Assembly (NCBI GenBank): GCA_964537315.1
Contig: CAZIAP010000003.1
Coordinates: 75,919-139,918, forward strand
Direction: 5' to 3'
DNA length: 64,000 bases
Source: an uncultured Gammaproteobacteria bacterium
GTDB lineage: Bacteria > Patescibacteriota > Microgenomatia > Levybacterales > GWA1-39-11
The position numbers were made by a program, and so were the translations under genes. Under the pieces are notes generated by a model, which had not been told where the DNA came from, searched no databases, and worked only from the letters and a program-made list of their open reading frames with translations. The stretch's first letter is position 1; each line of letters opens with the position of its first letter. Below are positions 29,048-38,424 of the stretch, piece by piece.

Positions 29048-29977
29048 TTAATCAGCAGCGGCAGAGTAGTGTTCGTTACGTCTTTTTTGAGGGTGAGAGT
29101 CAAAGTATGCTGGTGAATTATTCAACTCATTTACGATACTCATCGATGCGTACCAGATTTCATTTGAAGAAATTGGAACCCTGACTAACTCACATTTTTC
29201 ATTACTAAACGGCGTGTCATGCTCTGTAGTAGTTACTAAAATTGCTTTAAAAGCTCCTGAATCGTAGGCAAGCTTTGGAGGTAGTTCAGGTCGCATTGAG
29301 TGAATCGCATTTGCTACTTTTTCCTGGATATTGGGTGGCTGTCTTGTAAAGAGATCATAGACTACTTTTCCAGAAGTGTGAAGTTTAAGTTGCTTTCTTT
29401 TATCCTTATTCATAATTCTGTATGGCATTTCCATATCTCCTAGGTTCGTCCTTATTGTGTATTCGCAGCTTCCCACAATGTATGATTTATTTTTTACCGG
29501 TTGGAGTACTAAACCATCAGGAACAGTTCTAAATCGTTCTTTGATATTTTCTTGGATGCCAGTAATATTACTAAGTTGGCGCGTCTCTTGTGGGGTGAGT
29601 AGGATTGAGTTGTCTTGAATCCCTTCTGCTAAGTACCGATGAGCAACTTCTTCAAATATAAATCCAGATAGTGCATTTTCTAGCCCCATTCTGCTATTAT
29701 CTGGAATCTCAGAACGGTGTAGTTTTCGTTGTAACTTTACTAAGTTTTGCTGAAAAAATGTATCTTCAAAAACCGGTAGGAGCAAATCTCTCACCTGAAG
29801 ATCACGTGTACTGAGAAAATCGTATGTTTCAGGTAACGGAATACCTGGGTGTTCTTTTGTATATGATGGAATCGGAAATTCGTGATGGGGAGGTGTGACG
29901 CCAGTTTCTTCAGTCGCCAAAAAAGATATCTCAGGTGAACTTACTTGACCATGATATGCAGCAAACTCTTTAGCCAA
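29048..29977 (-). CDS. Hypothetical protein, possible PD-(D/E)xK-like fold
   Basis: FEEVA...VPDGLV...SCEYT spacing. Confidence 0.6.
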   Translation of the reverse strand: MAKEFAAYHGQVSSPEISFLATEETGVTPPHHEFPIPSYTKEHPGIPLPETYDFLSTRDLQVRDLLLPVFEDTFFQQNLVKLQRKLHRSEIPDNSRMGLENALSGFIFEEVAHRYLAEGIQDNSILLTPQETRQLSNITGIQENIKERFRTVPDGLVLQPVKNKSYIVGSCEYTIRTNLGDMEMPYRIMNKDKRKQLKLHTSGKVVYDLFTRQPPNIQEKVANAIHSMRPELPPKLAYDSGAFKAILVTTTEHDTPFSNEKCELVRVPISSNEIWYASMSIVNELNNSPAYFDSHPQKRRNEHYSAAAD

Positions 29978-30080
29978 CTTAATTTATGTTACAAAAGTTT
30001 TGCGAAGCAATCAATTAGATCTTTTTAAGTAAAACTGTATCCAGGCTTTTTCTATATCCTGTGGTAAAATACGAAGGTAT

Positions 30081-30112
30081 GTCCTCCTTCGCATACAGCT
30101 TCGGACGGGCAA
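30081..30112. repeat. Short REP-like imperfect palindrome
   Basis: GTCCTCCTTCGCATACAGCTTCGGACGGGCAA. Confidence 0.5.
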
Positions 30113-30199
30113 ACAGTAGCAATTATGAGTGAATCTAGAAAAAATAAAATGAAGGTTGGTTCTGCAAAGCAGAATTCTGTAAGTAGACAATAAAACTAT

Positions 30200-31057
30200 A
30201 TGAAAGTAGGAACAGTTGCATTAATCGGACGTCCAAATACGGGTAAAAGTACACTAGTAAATAATCTGGTGGGGCATAAAGTGGCAATAACTTCACCTAA
30301 ACCTCAGACAACGCAATTCCCGATTTACGCCGTATTTGAAGACCTTTCGGCAGGCTCAGGGCAAGGTTTGCAGATTATATTTGTAGATACTCCAGGGATT
30401 TTTGCCAAAACAAAAGATGCTAAATCAAAAGAAGTAAATCTGGAAGCTGAAAAAGTGTTGCACGAAGAGGTGGATGCGATACTTTACCTGGTAGATCACA
30501 CAAGACAAAGAGGGAGTGAAGAAAACAGAGTGCTTGGCGTGCTTCGAAAAATTAATGTGCCAAAGATACTTGTAGTTAATAAAACAGATTTAAAGGAACC
30601 AGATTATAGTGCACAGTACAAATTCATGGAAGAGGAGTTCGATACTGTGCTACACGTCTCAGCTTTAAAGGCACACAATCTGGGTTCGATTACGTCGGCA
30701 CTTTTTAAAGTGCTTCCAGAGGGTGAGCCAATTATTGATAAAGCTGATCTTGCAATTCCTGCGCTTAATCTTACATCTCAGATGCATATGGAGGAGTTAA
30801 TACGGGAAAAAGCATTTTTGACACTGCGAAAAGAAGTGCCTTATCACGTAAAAATAGCCGTAGACGAAATTTCTGAGAGAAAAAATAAGCTTATTTACGT
30901 AAAAGCACGTGTATTGACTGAAAACAGATATAAAAAAATGATCATAGGTTCAGGAGGGCAGACTATTAAAAAAATTGGCGCAATGACCAGAAAAGAGCTT
31001 GAAGTTTCGACAGGGAAAAAGTTTTATTTAGATTTAACAGTAGAGGTAGAGAAATAA
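30200..31057 (+). CDS. era: GTPase Era
   Basis: GRPNTGKST, SPKPQTT, DTPG, NKTD, KH domain. Confidence 0.95.
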   Translation: MKVGTVALIGRPNTGKSTLVNNLVGHKVAITSPKPQTTQFPIYAVFEDLSAGSGQGLQIIFVDTPGIFAKTKDAKSKEVNLEAEKVLHEEVDAILYLVDHTRQRGSEENRVLGVLRKINVPKILVVNKTDLKEPDYSAQYKFMEEEFDTVLHVSALKAHNLGSITSALFKVLPEGEPIIDKADLAIPALNLTSQMHMEELIREKAFLTLRKEVPYHVKIAVDEISERKNKLIYVKARVLTENRYKKMIIGSGGQTIKKIGAMTRKELEVSTGKKFYLDLTVEVEK

Positions 31058-31059
31058 TT

Positions 31060-31509
31060 ATGAAGCTTGTTATTCAAAGAGTAAGTAGTGCAACTGTTAC
31101 TTCTGACCCCGCAAACGGTGAAAGACATCACGAAGAAATCAAAAAGGGTCTTTTTGTGCTGTTTGGGGCTGGCATCAATGATACTACCGAGCAGGCTCAA
31201 AAGCTGGCACAAAAGTTATTCAAAATACGTCTAATGGCTGATGAAAACGGGAAAATGAATAAATCAGTTCAGGATGTAAACGGAGAGTATTTAGTCGTTT
31301 CACAGTTTACTTTGTATGGCGATACAAGCGGCGGTAACAGACCAAGTTTTATTAACGCAATGCAGCCTGAAGAGGCAAAAAAGCTTTATGAATACTTCGT
31401 TGAAGAGTTAAGAAAACAAGGGGCTACAGTTAAAACAGGAAGTTTTGGAAACTATATGAATATTAAGGCTGAGCTTGACGGCCCTGTTACAATTTTGGTT
31501 GAAAGTTAA
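31060..31509 (+). CDS. dtd: D-aminoacyl-tRNA deacylase
   Basis: VIQRV, SQFTL, DGPVT. Confidence 0.95.
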   Translation: MKLVIQRVSSATVTSDPANGERHHEEIKKGLFVLFGAGINDTTEQAQKLAQKLFKIRLMADENGKMNKSVQDVNGEYLVVSQFTLYGDTSGGNRPSFINAMQPEEAKKLYEYFVEELRKQGATVKTGSFGNYMNIKAELDGPVTILVES

Positions 31510-31617
31510 TATTTATGAGTAAATAGACTTAAATTTTCCCTTATTTTAGGCTTTAACCTTATAATACGCACTAGTTCCTTACCCTTATCTTACATATGCT
31601 GGGTATACTTCCAAGAT

Positions 31618-31857
31618 ATGACACTTGAAAATGTATTCTATACGTTGGCAATTATTTACATGGTGCTGGGTTTTATAGTCTCTCTTGTACTACTTTTTGC
31701 GGTAATATATATCAAGAAAAAGATTGACGATATTCATCAAAATATCGAAGTCCAAATTGAACGAATCAAAGAAAAGCCAGGTGATTTCGCCATGGATATA
31801 GGATCGGCAATTGCAGCTACAGCCATAAAACAAGTAAAGAAGAAATTTATCAGGTAG
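31618..31857 (+). CDS. Small membrane protein
   Basis: One TM helix followed by a coiled segment. Confidence 0.7.
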   Translation: MTLENVFYTLAIIYMVLGFIVSLVLLFAVIYIKKKIDDIHQNIEVQIERIKEKPGDFAMDIGSAIAATAIKQVKKKFIR

Positions 31858-31899
31858 TTTAAGATATAAAATTTTTATAATGTTGCGATCAGTTCACTT

Positions 31900-32937
31900 A
31901 TGAACTTGTTTTTTTACCTCAAGCAGTCTTTTTCTGAATTTTCAAATGACAGAGTGACTATGCTCGCGGCTGCTTTGTCGTATTACACTGTTTTTTCAAT
32001 TGGTCCACTATTGCTGATTGTAATTAGTATTTTGGGATTTTTCTTTGGCTCCACCGCTGTAGAAGGTGAAATAATTCGGCAAATTTCAGGATTATTAGGT
32101 ACAGAAGCTGCATTAACAATTGAGTCAATAATCGAAGGGACACAAAATACTTCAAGTGGAATTATCTCATTAATAATAGGAGTACTATTATTAGTACTCG
32201 GAGCGACAGGAGTATTCGGACAGTTAAAAACAGCTTTAAATCAGATTTGGCATATAGAGCCTAAACCAGGTAGAGGAGTAATAAATCTATTGCGAGAGCG
32301 TATTCTATCATTTGGAATGGTCGTTGTAATAGCATTTTTACTCGGAGTTTCTTTGGTTGCTTCTTCTGCTATTTCTATACTAGGTAACTATTTCACACAG
32401 ATTCTGCCTGCTCCTGCTTGGATGATTGAAGGGATAAATATTTTTATCTCTTTTTGGATAATACTTGTCTTATTTGCTCTTGTATATCGAGTACTTCCTG
32501 ATGTAAAGCCGAGTTGGAAATTAGTTTGGGGTGGTGCAACTGTTGCCTCACTTTTATTTACGATAGGCAGATCTATAATAGGTATATACATAGGCAATAG
32601 CGCAGTAGCTTCCACGTACGGAGCTGCATCTTCTTTAGTAATAATTTTGTTGTGGGTATACTATTCTTCATTAATACTTTTATTTGGAGCAGAGTATGTA
32701 AAGGTTTCAGCAGCAGAAAAAGGAATCGGAGTACCGGTAGAAGACTATGCTTATAAAACACGAGAGGTAAAAGTAGAAGACTCTCCAGAAAGTGAAGAGT
32801 TCTCAGAAATTGAGAGAGAAATTATTTCGATATTCGGAAACATCTTTAAAGCAATTGTTTTATCTATAGACAGTAGGTTTATTCATAAAAAAAAGTCGTT
32901 CTGGGAGAGGGTACAGGAAAAATTAAAAGAAGATTAA
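31900..32937 (+). CDS. YihY/virulence factor BrkB family protein
   Basis: AAALSYYTVFS, YGAASSL..LLWVYYS..I.LFGAE. Confidence 0.92.
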   Translation: MNLFFYLKQSFSEFSNDRVTMLAAALSYYTVFSIGPLLLIVISILGFFFGSTAVEGEIIRQISGLLGTEAALTIESIIEGTQNTSSGIISLIIGVLLLVLGATGVFGQLKTALNQIWHIEPKPGRGVINLLRERILSFGMVVVIAFLLGVSLVASSAISILGNYFTQILPAPAWMIEGINIFISFWIILVLFALVYRVLPDVKPSWKLVWGGATVASLLFTIGRSIIGIYIGNSAVASTYGAASSLVIILLWVYYSSLILLFGAEYVKVSAAEKGIGVPVEDYAYKTREVKVEDSPESEEFSEIEREIISIFGNIFKAIVLSIDSRFIHKKKSFWERVQEKLKED

Positions 32938-32943
32938 TATATT

Positions 32944-33624
32944 CTATAAATTTTCTTTCTTACGTACTAAAAAGTATTCCTCTTTTGGAAAAGTATCGGC
33001 GCTCTTTAGAATATTTTGCATATCTTTCACTTGCGACTTATGTTCATGCATTGCCCGAACTTTAACGTCCCATACATCTGATATATCTACAATCAGATCA
33101 AATTCAGATCGGTCGTACCCAGGCGGGAAGTAAATAAAATAGTCTTTGCGAAGTTCTGCTCTCTCTTTTACGTTTCCGTAGTACATCAGCTTATCTACAA
33201 ATGGGAGATCTCGAACTACAAATGTAGTAATCATAGACATTGCAATGTGATCAATATGTCCTGACACACCATTTGGTTCAAATGTTATGACAATCTCAGG
33301 CTTTAGTTCTTTAAGTTTACTCTCAACTGCATCTGCGATGGCGTGGTATTGGTTATTATTGAGTGTGCCATCTTTAAATCCAAGAAAAAAGACATCTTTT
33401 ACACCAAGTATACGAGATGCGTTTTGTAATTCCTTTCGACGAATATCAGAAATAGAGTGGTCGTGATCGTCAGAATTATTTTCTCCAGCTTCTCCTCCAG
33501 TTGCACAGATAGTGTAGACAGTGTTTTTTTGAGAGAGTATATGAAGTGTGCCACCAGGCCCAAATGTTTCATCATCGGGATGGGCAAAGACCGCGACAAT
33601 TGTTTTTCCTGAAATGTTTTCCAT
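32944..33624 (-). CDS. PIG-L/LmbE-family deacetylase
   Basis: FAHPDDE, TGGEAG, GHIDH, HKSQ. Confidence 0.92.
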   Translation of the reverse strand: MENISGKTIVAVFAHPDDETFGPGGTLHILSQKNTVYTICATGGEAGENNSDDHDHSISDIRRKELQNASRILGVKDVFFLGFKDGTLNNNQYHAIADAVESKLKELKPEIVITFEPNGVSGHIDHIAMSMITTFVVRDLPFVDKLMYYGNVKERAELRKDYFIYFPPGYDRSEFDLIVDISDVWDVKVRAMHEHKSQVKDMQNILKSADTFPKEEYFLVRKKENL

Positions 33625-33707
33625 CAGATTATTATACGCTTAGCACAGGCTCAAATCAAGGAAATACGGAGTGTTAGGCGAACTCTTACTAAGGACTAAG
33701 AAAATAA

Positions 33708-34490
33708 TTACTTTACAGCAATTTTAATGCCAGGAGACATGGTTGATTTCAGAACTGCTTGATTGATTTTAGATACTCCAACTGAGTTAAGTACAGTTTT
33801 TACATTTTCTTCAATTTTGCTATCTTCAAATGATACTTTACCTACTGCTAAATGGATGATAGGACTTTGCGCTTCGGTTTTGTAGCTAATTTGACCAGCT
33901 GACAATTTCTCGATTACTTCATCTGGATTTGGAGTAACGGTTCCATTTTTTGGGTTTGGCATGAGTCCTCGAGGACCAAGGATTCTAGCAACTTTTGCCA
34001 GCTTAGGCATCATTTCTGGTTTCGCCACTAGCACATCAAAGTTAATTTTTCCATTCTCAATTTCTTCGATTACTGCGTCATCAGCCACAACGATTTTGAG
34101 TTTCTTGCCAGTTCCGTGTGGTAGAGATAATTGTCCGCTTACACCTTTTTCAGTCACATTCAAATGAAGCTCTACTGTTTCATCGAAATTGCTCTTTTTT
34201 AGATTCTTAAGCAAGTTTACTGCATCTCCAAGGGGGTATTTTTTATTTTTTTCAATCTGCTTTTCATTTGACTGATGTCTTTTAGAATTTGAGTGACTTA
34301 CTGTCTGTTTTACGGTAACTGACTGTTTTTTAGAAGCTTCAACATCAGCAGACTGAGAAACTTCAGTAACCTGTTCTTTAGTTTTCTCAGCAACTTTGGC
34401 AGCTTTTTTAGCTTCATACTTTGCTTTCTTCTTAGCATCCTCTTGAAGCTCGCCTGATTCATCAAATGTTTTTACTCTAATTTTTCCCAT
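33708..34490 (-). CDS. rplA: 50S ribosomal protein L1 with N-terminal extension
   Basis: FDETVELH, LPHGTG, LGPRGLMPNPKNGT, STMSPG. Confidence 0.95.
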   Translation of the reverse strand: MGKIRVKTFDESGELQEDAKKKAKYEAKKAAKVAEKTKEQVTEVSQSADVEASKKQSVTVKQTVSHSNSKRHQSNEKQIEKNKKYPLGDAVNLLKNLKKSNFDETVELHLNVTEKGVSGQLSLPHGTGKKLKIVVADDAVIEEIENGKINFDVLVAKPEMMPKLAKVARILGPRGLMPNPKNGTVTPNPDEVIEKLSAGQISYKTEAQSPIIHLAVGKVSFEDSKIEENVKTVLNSVGVSKINQAVLKSTMSPGIKIAVK

Positions 34491-34496
34491 AATACG

Positions 34497-34919
34497 TTAT
34501 TCTACTTGTATTCCCATTGATCGTGCTGTTCCTTCAACTATTTTTGAAGCTGCAGCAACATCATTGGTATTTAAATCATCCATTTTTTGTTTTGCTATTT
34601 CCTCAATTTGAGCAGAAGTGAGCTTGCCTGCAGACTCTCTCCCTGGTTTTTGTGAACCTGATTTAATCTTTAGTGCCATTTTGATAAGTTCAGACATCGG
34701 TGGTTTCTTAACGATGAAAGAGAACGTTCTATCTTCATAAACAGATATAACTACAGGTAGTAGAGTGCCTTTTTGATCCGCTGTCTTATCATTAAAAGCC
34801 TTAACAAAGTCCATGATAGGCAGACCGTGCTGTCCTAGAGCAGGTCCGACAGGAGGTGCAGGGTTTGCCTCTCCACCTTTAATTGCTAGTTTTATAAATG
34901 TTTTAACTTTTTTAGCCAT
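34497..34919 (-). CDS. rplK: 50S ribosomal protein L11
   Basis: [22 protein letters not shown]. Confidence 0.97.
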   Translation of the reverse strand: MAKKVKTFIKLAIKGGEANPAPPVGPALGQHGLPIMDFVKAFNDKTADQKGTLLPVVISVYEDRTFSFIVKKPPMSELIKMALKIKSGSQKPGRESAGKLTSAQIEEIAKQKMDDLNTNDVAAASKIVEGTARSMGIQVE

Positions 34920-34967
34920 AGGTTAATAAATTTAAAATTAATATTCAAAAGTCAAATTAACTTTGAG

Positions 34968-35552
34968 TTAGATCTTGCTTACTTGCAAGAAATCTAATTC
35001 TACAGGTGTCTCACGTCCAAAAATTGATACAAGTACTTTGACTTTTCCTTTTGCTTCGTCAATAGATTCGATAGTTCCCAAGAAATCAGAAAACGGACCA
35101 TCAGTGATTTTAACTGCCTCACCGACTGTAAACGTAGCTTTGTAGGTAGGTTCTTTTTGCTCAACAAAGTTAATAATTGCTTTTACCTCATCTTCACGTA
35201 TAGGAGTTGGTTTGTTCTGCGCGCCTACAAACGAGGTTACACCTGGAGTAGTGCGGACCAAAATCCATGCTTCATCGTCGAGAACCATGTTCACTAGAAT
35301 ATATCCTGGAAAGATTTTTTCTTTGATAGTTTCTTTTTTTCCACTACGTACTTTTATGGTTTCTTTGGTTGGAACCAATACATCATTAATTCTTCCCTCA
35401 AAACCCATGGTTTCTACTCTTTGCATAAGAGTTTTTGCCACCTTATTTTCGTGACCGGAGTAAGTATGCACGATATACCACCGAGCTGTGGTGTCGGTAT
35501 ACATTTTTTCAATCTTTGTTTCGTTGTCTTGTGTTTTTACGTTGTCAGCCAT
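34968..35552 (-). CDS. nusG: Transcription elongation factor NusG
   Basis: WYIVHTYSGHE, FPGY, KOW domain, IFGRETPVEL. Confidence 0.97.
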   Translation of the reverse strand: MADNVKTQDNETKIEKMYTDTTARWYIVHTYSGHENKVAKTLMQRVETMGFEGRINDVLVPTKETIKVRSGKKETIKEKIFPGYILVNMVLDDEAWILVRTTPGVTSFVGAQNKPTPIREDEVKAIINFVEQKEPTYKATFTVGEAVKITDGPFSDFLGTIESIDEAKGKVKVLVSIFGRETPVELDFLQVSKI

Positions 35553-35560
35553 AATTTATC

Positions 35561-35737
35561 TCATCCTCCAATTAAGAATTCGAGTCCTTTTAGAAATACA
35601 AAATCAAGTGCCCCCAGATAAAGTCCTACGATAACGCTGATAATTATTACTAGTACGGTAAGTCTTATAACTTCTTCTCTTGATGGAAAAGTAACCTTTG
35701 TTAATTCGCCACTAACCTGCCGTAGGAAACCTATCAT
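35561..35737 (-). CDS. secE: Preprotein translocase subunit SecE
   Basis: MIGFLRQVSGELTKVTFPSREE + TM (58 aa), directly upstream of nusG. Confidence 0.93.
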   Translation of the reverse strand: MIGFLRQVSGELTKVTFPSREEVIRLTVLVIIISVIVGLYLGALDFVFLKGLEFLIGG

Positions 35738-35821
35738 CAGGAGATTTTATCACAACCTGGGTTCGAATGTAAAGCAGAGAGGGTGTATTATTAAATAAAA
35801 TCCTAAAATAATCCTATATTA

Positions 35822-35850
35822 TTGCATAAATGTTGACTTTCAGATATAAT
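35822..35850 (+). promoter_or_regulatory. Sigma70 promoter
   Basis: TTGCAT-17 nt-TATAAT. Confidence 0.65.
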
Positions 35851-35951
35851 ACGCTCAAATGTATTAAGCTTGCAGTATCTTCGGGTTTCTTATGGAAATC
35901 GGAAGATGCTCGCAAGTTGCGCGCACGAAGGTTTAAGTAGAAGGAGCGGTA

Positions 35952-36248
35952 ATGCCTCTCACCAAGACTCGGTATCACGATGACTTTACTTCTTTTATTA
36001 AGGAAGTAAAGAGTAGGAAAGAGGAGGAAAATTTTTTCCTTTATGGACACTGCTCGGATCCTGACTGTCCGTTTGAGGAAGTAATTGGGTACCAGTATTT
36101 TCATCAAGTAGAGGATGCAGATGCTGAGTTAGAAGATCTCTTCAAAAGAGATCATTATCCTGATTGTAATGGAAAGTTAGTTACCGGTCAGGAACCATAC
36201 ACAAACGAGGAAATAGATACACGGATGAGAGCACGTTACTCAGCTTGA
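35952..36248 (+). CDS. Orphan acidic protein with Cys/His motif
   Basis: SD AGAAGGAG; CSDPDC...HYPDC. Confidence 0.7.
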   Translation: MPLTKTRYHDDFTSFIKEVKSRKEEENFFLYGHCSDPDCPFEEVIGYQYFHQVEDADAELEDLFKRDHYPDCNGKLVTGQEPYTNEEIDTRMRARYSA

Positions 36249-36254
36249 CCTTAA

Positions 36255-36289
36255 CCCGCCCCGGTATATCCGAGGGCGGGACTTTTTTT
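36255..36289 (+). terminator. Intrinsic terminator
   Basis: CCCGCCC...GGGCGGG followed by a T tract. Confidence 0.85.
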
Positions 36290-36300
36290 ACCCTATATTA

Positions 36301-36329
36301 TTGTCAATAAGCGAAGCAAGAAGTATAAT
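36301..36329 (+). promoter_or_regulatory. Sigma70 promoter
   Basis: TTGTCA-17 nt-TATAAT. Confidence 0.7.
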
Positions 36330-36417
36330 TACGGTTGCTATTCAGACAACTCAGGTATTTAGTGCCTGAAGTTGTTTGTTGCAATTTATAGGCGCACTAT
36401 CAGAAAGGCGATGAAAG

Positions 36418-36759
36418 ATGGATCGTCGGAAAATGTTGGCATCTACAACCGAACTGTCTGCGGGACAAAAAGAAATAATTGGAGTAGCAATTGGTTGTAA
36501 GCCTTTAACAGCAGACGAGTCCAAGTTGTTTGAAGAAGTAGTCAAAGAGTGGCATGAAGAGTTTGGGAGAGATTTTCCTCACTTGACTCTTCAATTGCGA
36601 ACTATCGATCACTTTCAGGTGATCTTTCTAGATGGGTATATTACCCAACATACTTTTTCGGTAATAGTCAATCGATTAGAAAGTAAGCTTAGAGGTAGAT
36701 TTCCTGAAAGAGTCTTATCTCTGATGACTGAACGAATCTTTGTTGAAGATTGGTATTGA
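36418..36759 (+). CDS. Orphan hypothetical protein
   Basis: AGAAAGG upstream; 113 aa. Confidence 0.6.
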   Translation: MDRRKMLASTTELSAGQKEIIGVAIGCKPLTADESKLFEEVVKEWHEEFGRDFPHLTLQLRTIDHFQVIFLDGYITQHTFSVIVNRLESKLRGRFPERVLSLMTERIFVEDWY

Positions 36760-36875
36760 TAGAGAGGAAACCAGATGGATTGTTTCCTGTTTATGAATCT
36801 CTTAAAAGTAGATTCAATCATACCTCTTAGAATGGAATAGCCCGGTGCGCTTTTGTTCTGTATTGCAGAACAATT

Positions 36876-36908
36876 AACCCAGCTCTAAATAAAGAGCTGG
36901 GTTTTTTT
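36876..36908 (+). terminator. Intrinsic terminator
   Basis: AACCCAGCTCT...AGAGCTGGGTT followed by a T tract. Confidence 0.88.
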
Positions 36909-37018
36909 ATAACTTAATGAAGTTATATAGATCACCAGAGATGAATTAGGTTTGATCGGGATTGACAATTTAATTTTTCATGTTTACAATCAAAATTACG
37001 CGATAAATTAGGAGATTT

Positions 37019-37903
37019 ATGCAGAAAAAAATCCGCAAAGCCGTTATTCCAGCCGCAGGGTTTGGTACAAGATTTCTTCCCCAGACAAAGGCAATGCCTA
37101 AAGAGATGCTTCCCATTGTAGACAAGCCAGTTATTCAGTATGTTGTAGAAGAAGCAGTTGATTCAGGTATAAAAGATATTGTGTTGGTGACCGGAGCCTT
37201 GAAGCGTGCGATAGAGGACCATTTTGACGTACCAAATCAAGATCTGATTAAAAATCTTAAAGATGGTGGAAAAGAGGAATTGCTTGAGCAAACTAAAAAA
37301 GTAGCAAATCTTGCTAACTTTATCTACGTGAGGCAAAAAGGTCCATATGGTAACGGGACTCCAGTTCTAGCAGCAGAACCTATCATTGAAGATGAACCTT
37401 TTGCAGTACTGTGGGGAGATGAGTTTATTTATGCAAAACCTCCTCGTCTTGCTCAGATGATGTCTGTGCATGAGGAACTTGGGGGAATGGTAATTTCAGG
37501 AATGGAAATAAAGAAAAAAGAAGATTTAAAGCGTTATGGAATCGGAGATTTAGAGCATGTAAAGGGAAACGTCTATAAAATAAAAAATATCGTTGAGAAA
37601 CCTGATCCTGATAGTGCTCCATCAAATATTATGACTGGAGGAGCGTATATATTTCCTCCTGAAATATTTCAAGCCCTCAAAGAGATTGAACCAGGTAAAG
37701 GGGGAGAGCTTTGGTTGGTAGATGCTATCAATCATCTTAAAGATAATGGTACCCCTCTTTATGCGGTTGTAATAGAAAATGGTAAATATTATGATACAGG
37801 GAACAAGCTGGAGTATATGAAAACAGTCGTCGATCTTGCGCTTGAACATCCGGATATCAACGGTGAGTTTAAAGAATATCTTAAGAGCTTAGATCTAAGT
37901 TAG
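37019..37903 (+). CDS. galU: UTP-glucose-1-phosphate uridylyltransferase
   Basis: KAVIPAAGFGTRFLP..K..PKEMLPIVDKP, VEKP. Confidence 0.95.
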   Translation: MQKKIRKAVIPAAGFGTRFLPQTKAMPKEMLPIVDKPVIQYVVEEAVDSGIKDIVLVTGALKRAIEDHFDVPNQDLIKNLKDGGKEELLEQTKKVANLANFIYVRQKGPYGNGTPVLAAEPIIEDEPFAVLWGDEFIYAKPPRLAQMMSVHEELGGMVISGMEIKKKEDLKRYGIGDLEHVKGNVYKIKNIVEKPDPDSAPSNIMTGGAYIFPPEIFQALKEIEPGKGGELWLVDAINHLKDNGTPLYAVVIENGKYYDTGNKLEYMKTVVDLALEHPDINGEFKEYLKSLDLS

Positions 37904-37915
37904 TTATTGGTTCAT

Positions 37916-37931
37916 TCCGCCAGTTGGCGGA
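37916..37931. repeat. 16-bp palindrome, copy 3 (one mismatch)
   Basis: TCCGCCAGTTGGCGGA. Confidence 0.8.
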
Positions 37932-37948
37932 TCACGGTTCTTAGTGTT

Positions 37949-38338
37949 ATGAAAATAGTCCGCAGTTCAGAACTCCAATTTATTCCTTCCTCTCATGAAG
38001 ATCCGAATAAACCAAATGTAATAAAGAAAGTTCTGCTTGAAAAAACAGGTCTTCTCCCTGGACGTGTACAAATGGTTAACTGGGCACAGTTACAACCGAA
38101 TTCTACGTTTGAGGCTCATTATCACGAAGATATGACTGAGGTTTTCCTCATAATCGAGGGCGAAGTTACTATGAACATCGCAGGTGAGGAAGTAAGTGTT
38201 AAAAAAGGAGATGCAGTAGTAGTGGAGCCAAACGAGGTCCATACTATGACCAACCATACGGATCAACCGCTTGAGTATATAGTTTTTGGGGTTAGCCAAG
38301 AAAAAGACGGAAAAACAGTGTTAGTTACTAGTTCATAG
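37949..38338 (+). CDS. Cupin-domain protein
   Basis: HYH....E.F..IEG and PNEVH motifs. Confidence 0.85.
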   Translation: MKIVRSSELQFIPSSHEDPNKPNVIKKVLLEKTGLLPGRVQMVNWAQLQPNSTFEAHYHEDMTEVFLIIEGEVTMNIAGEEVSVKKGDAVVVEPNEVHTMTNHTDQPLEYIVFGVSQEKDGKTVLVTSS

Positions 38339-38424
38339 CTTACACATATCTATTAGTAATCAATTTCTCCAATCTGTGATCGATTATTGTTATCATGTAT
38401 AATCTAGGTTAGAAATTAGAAGAT

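Noticed and set aside
35755-35767. CTGGGTTCGA matching the tRNA-Trp T-arm upstream of secE
   Set aside because: Only 10 nt and on the opposite strand to secE; likely chance.
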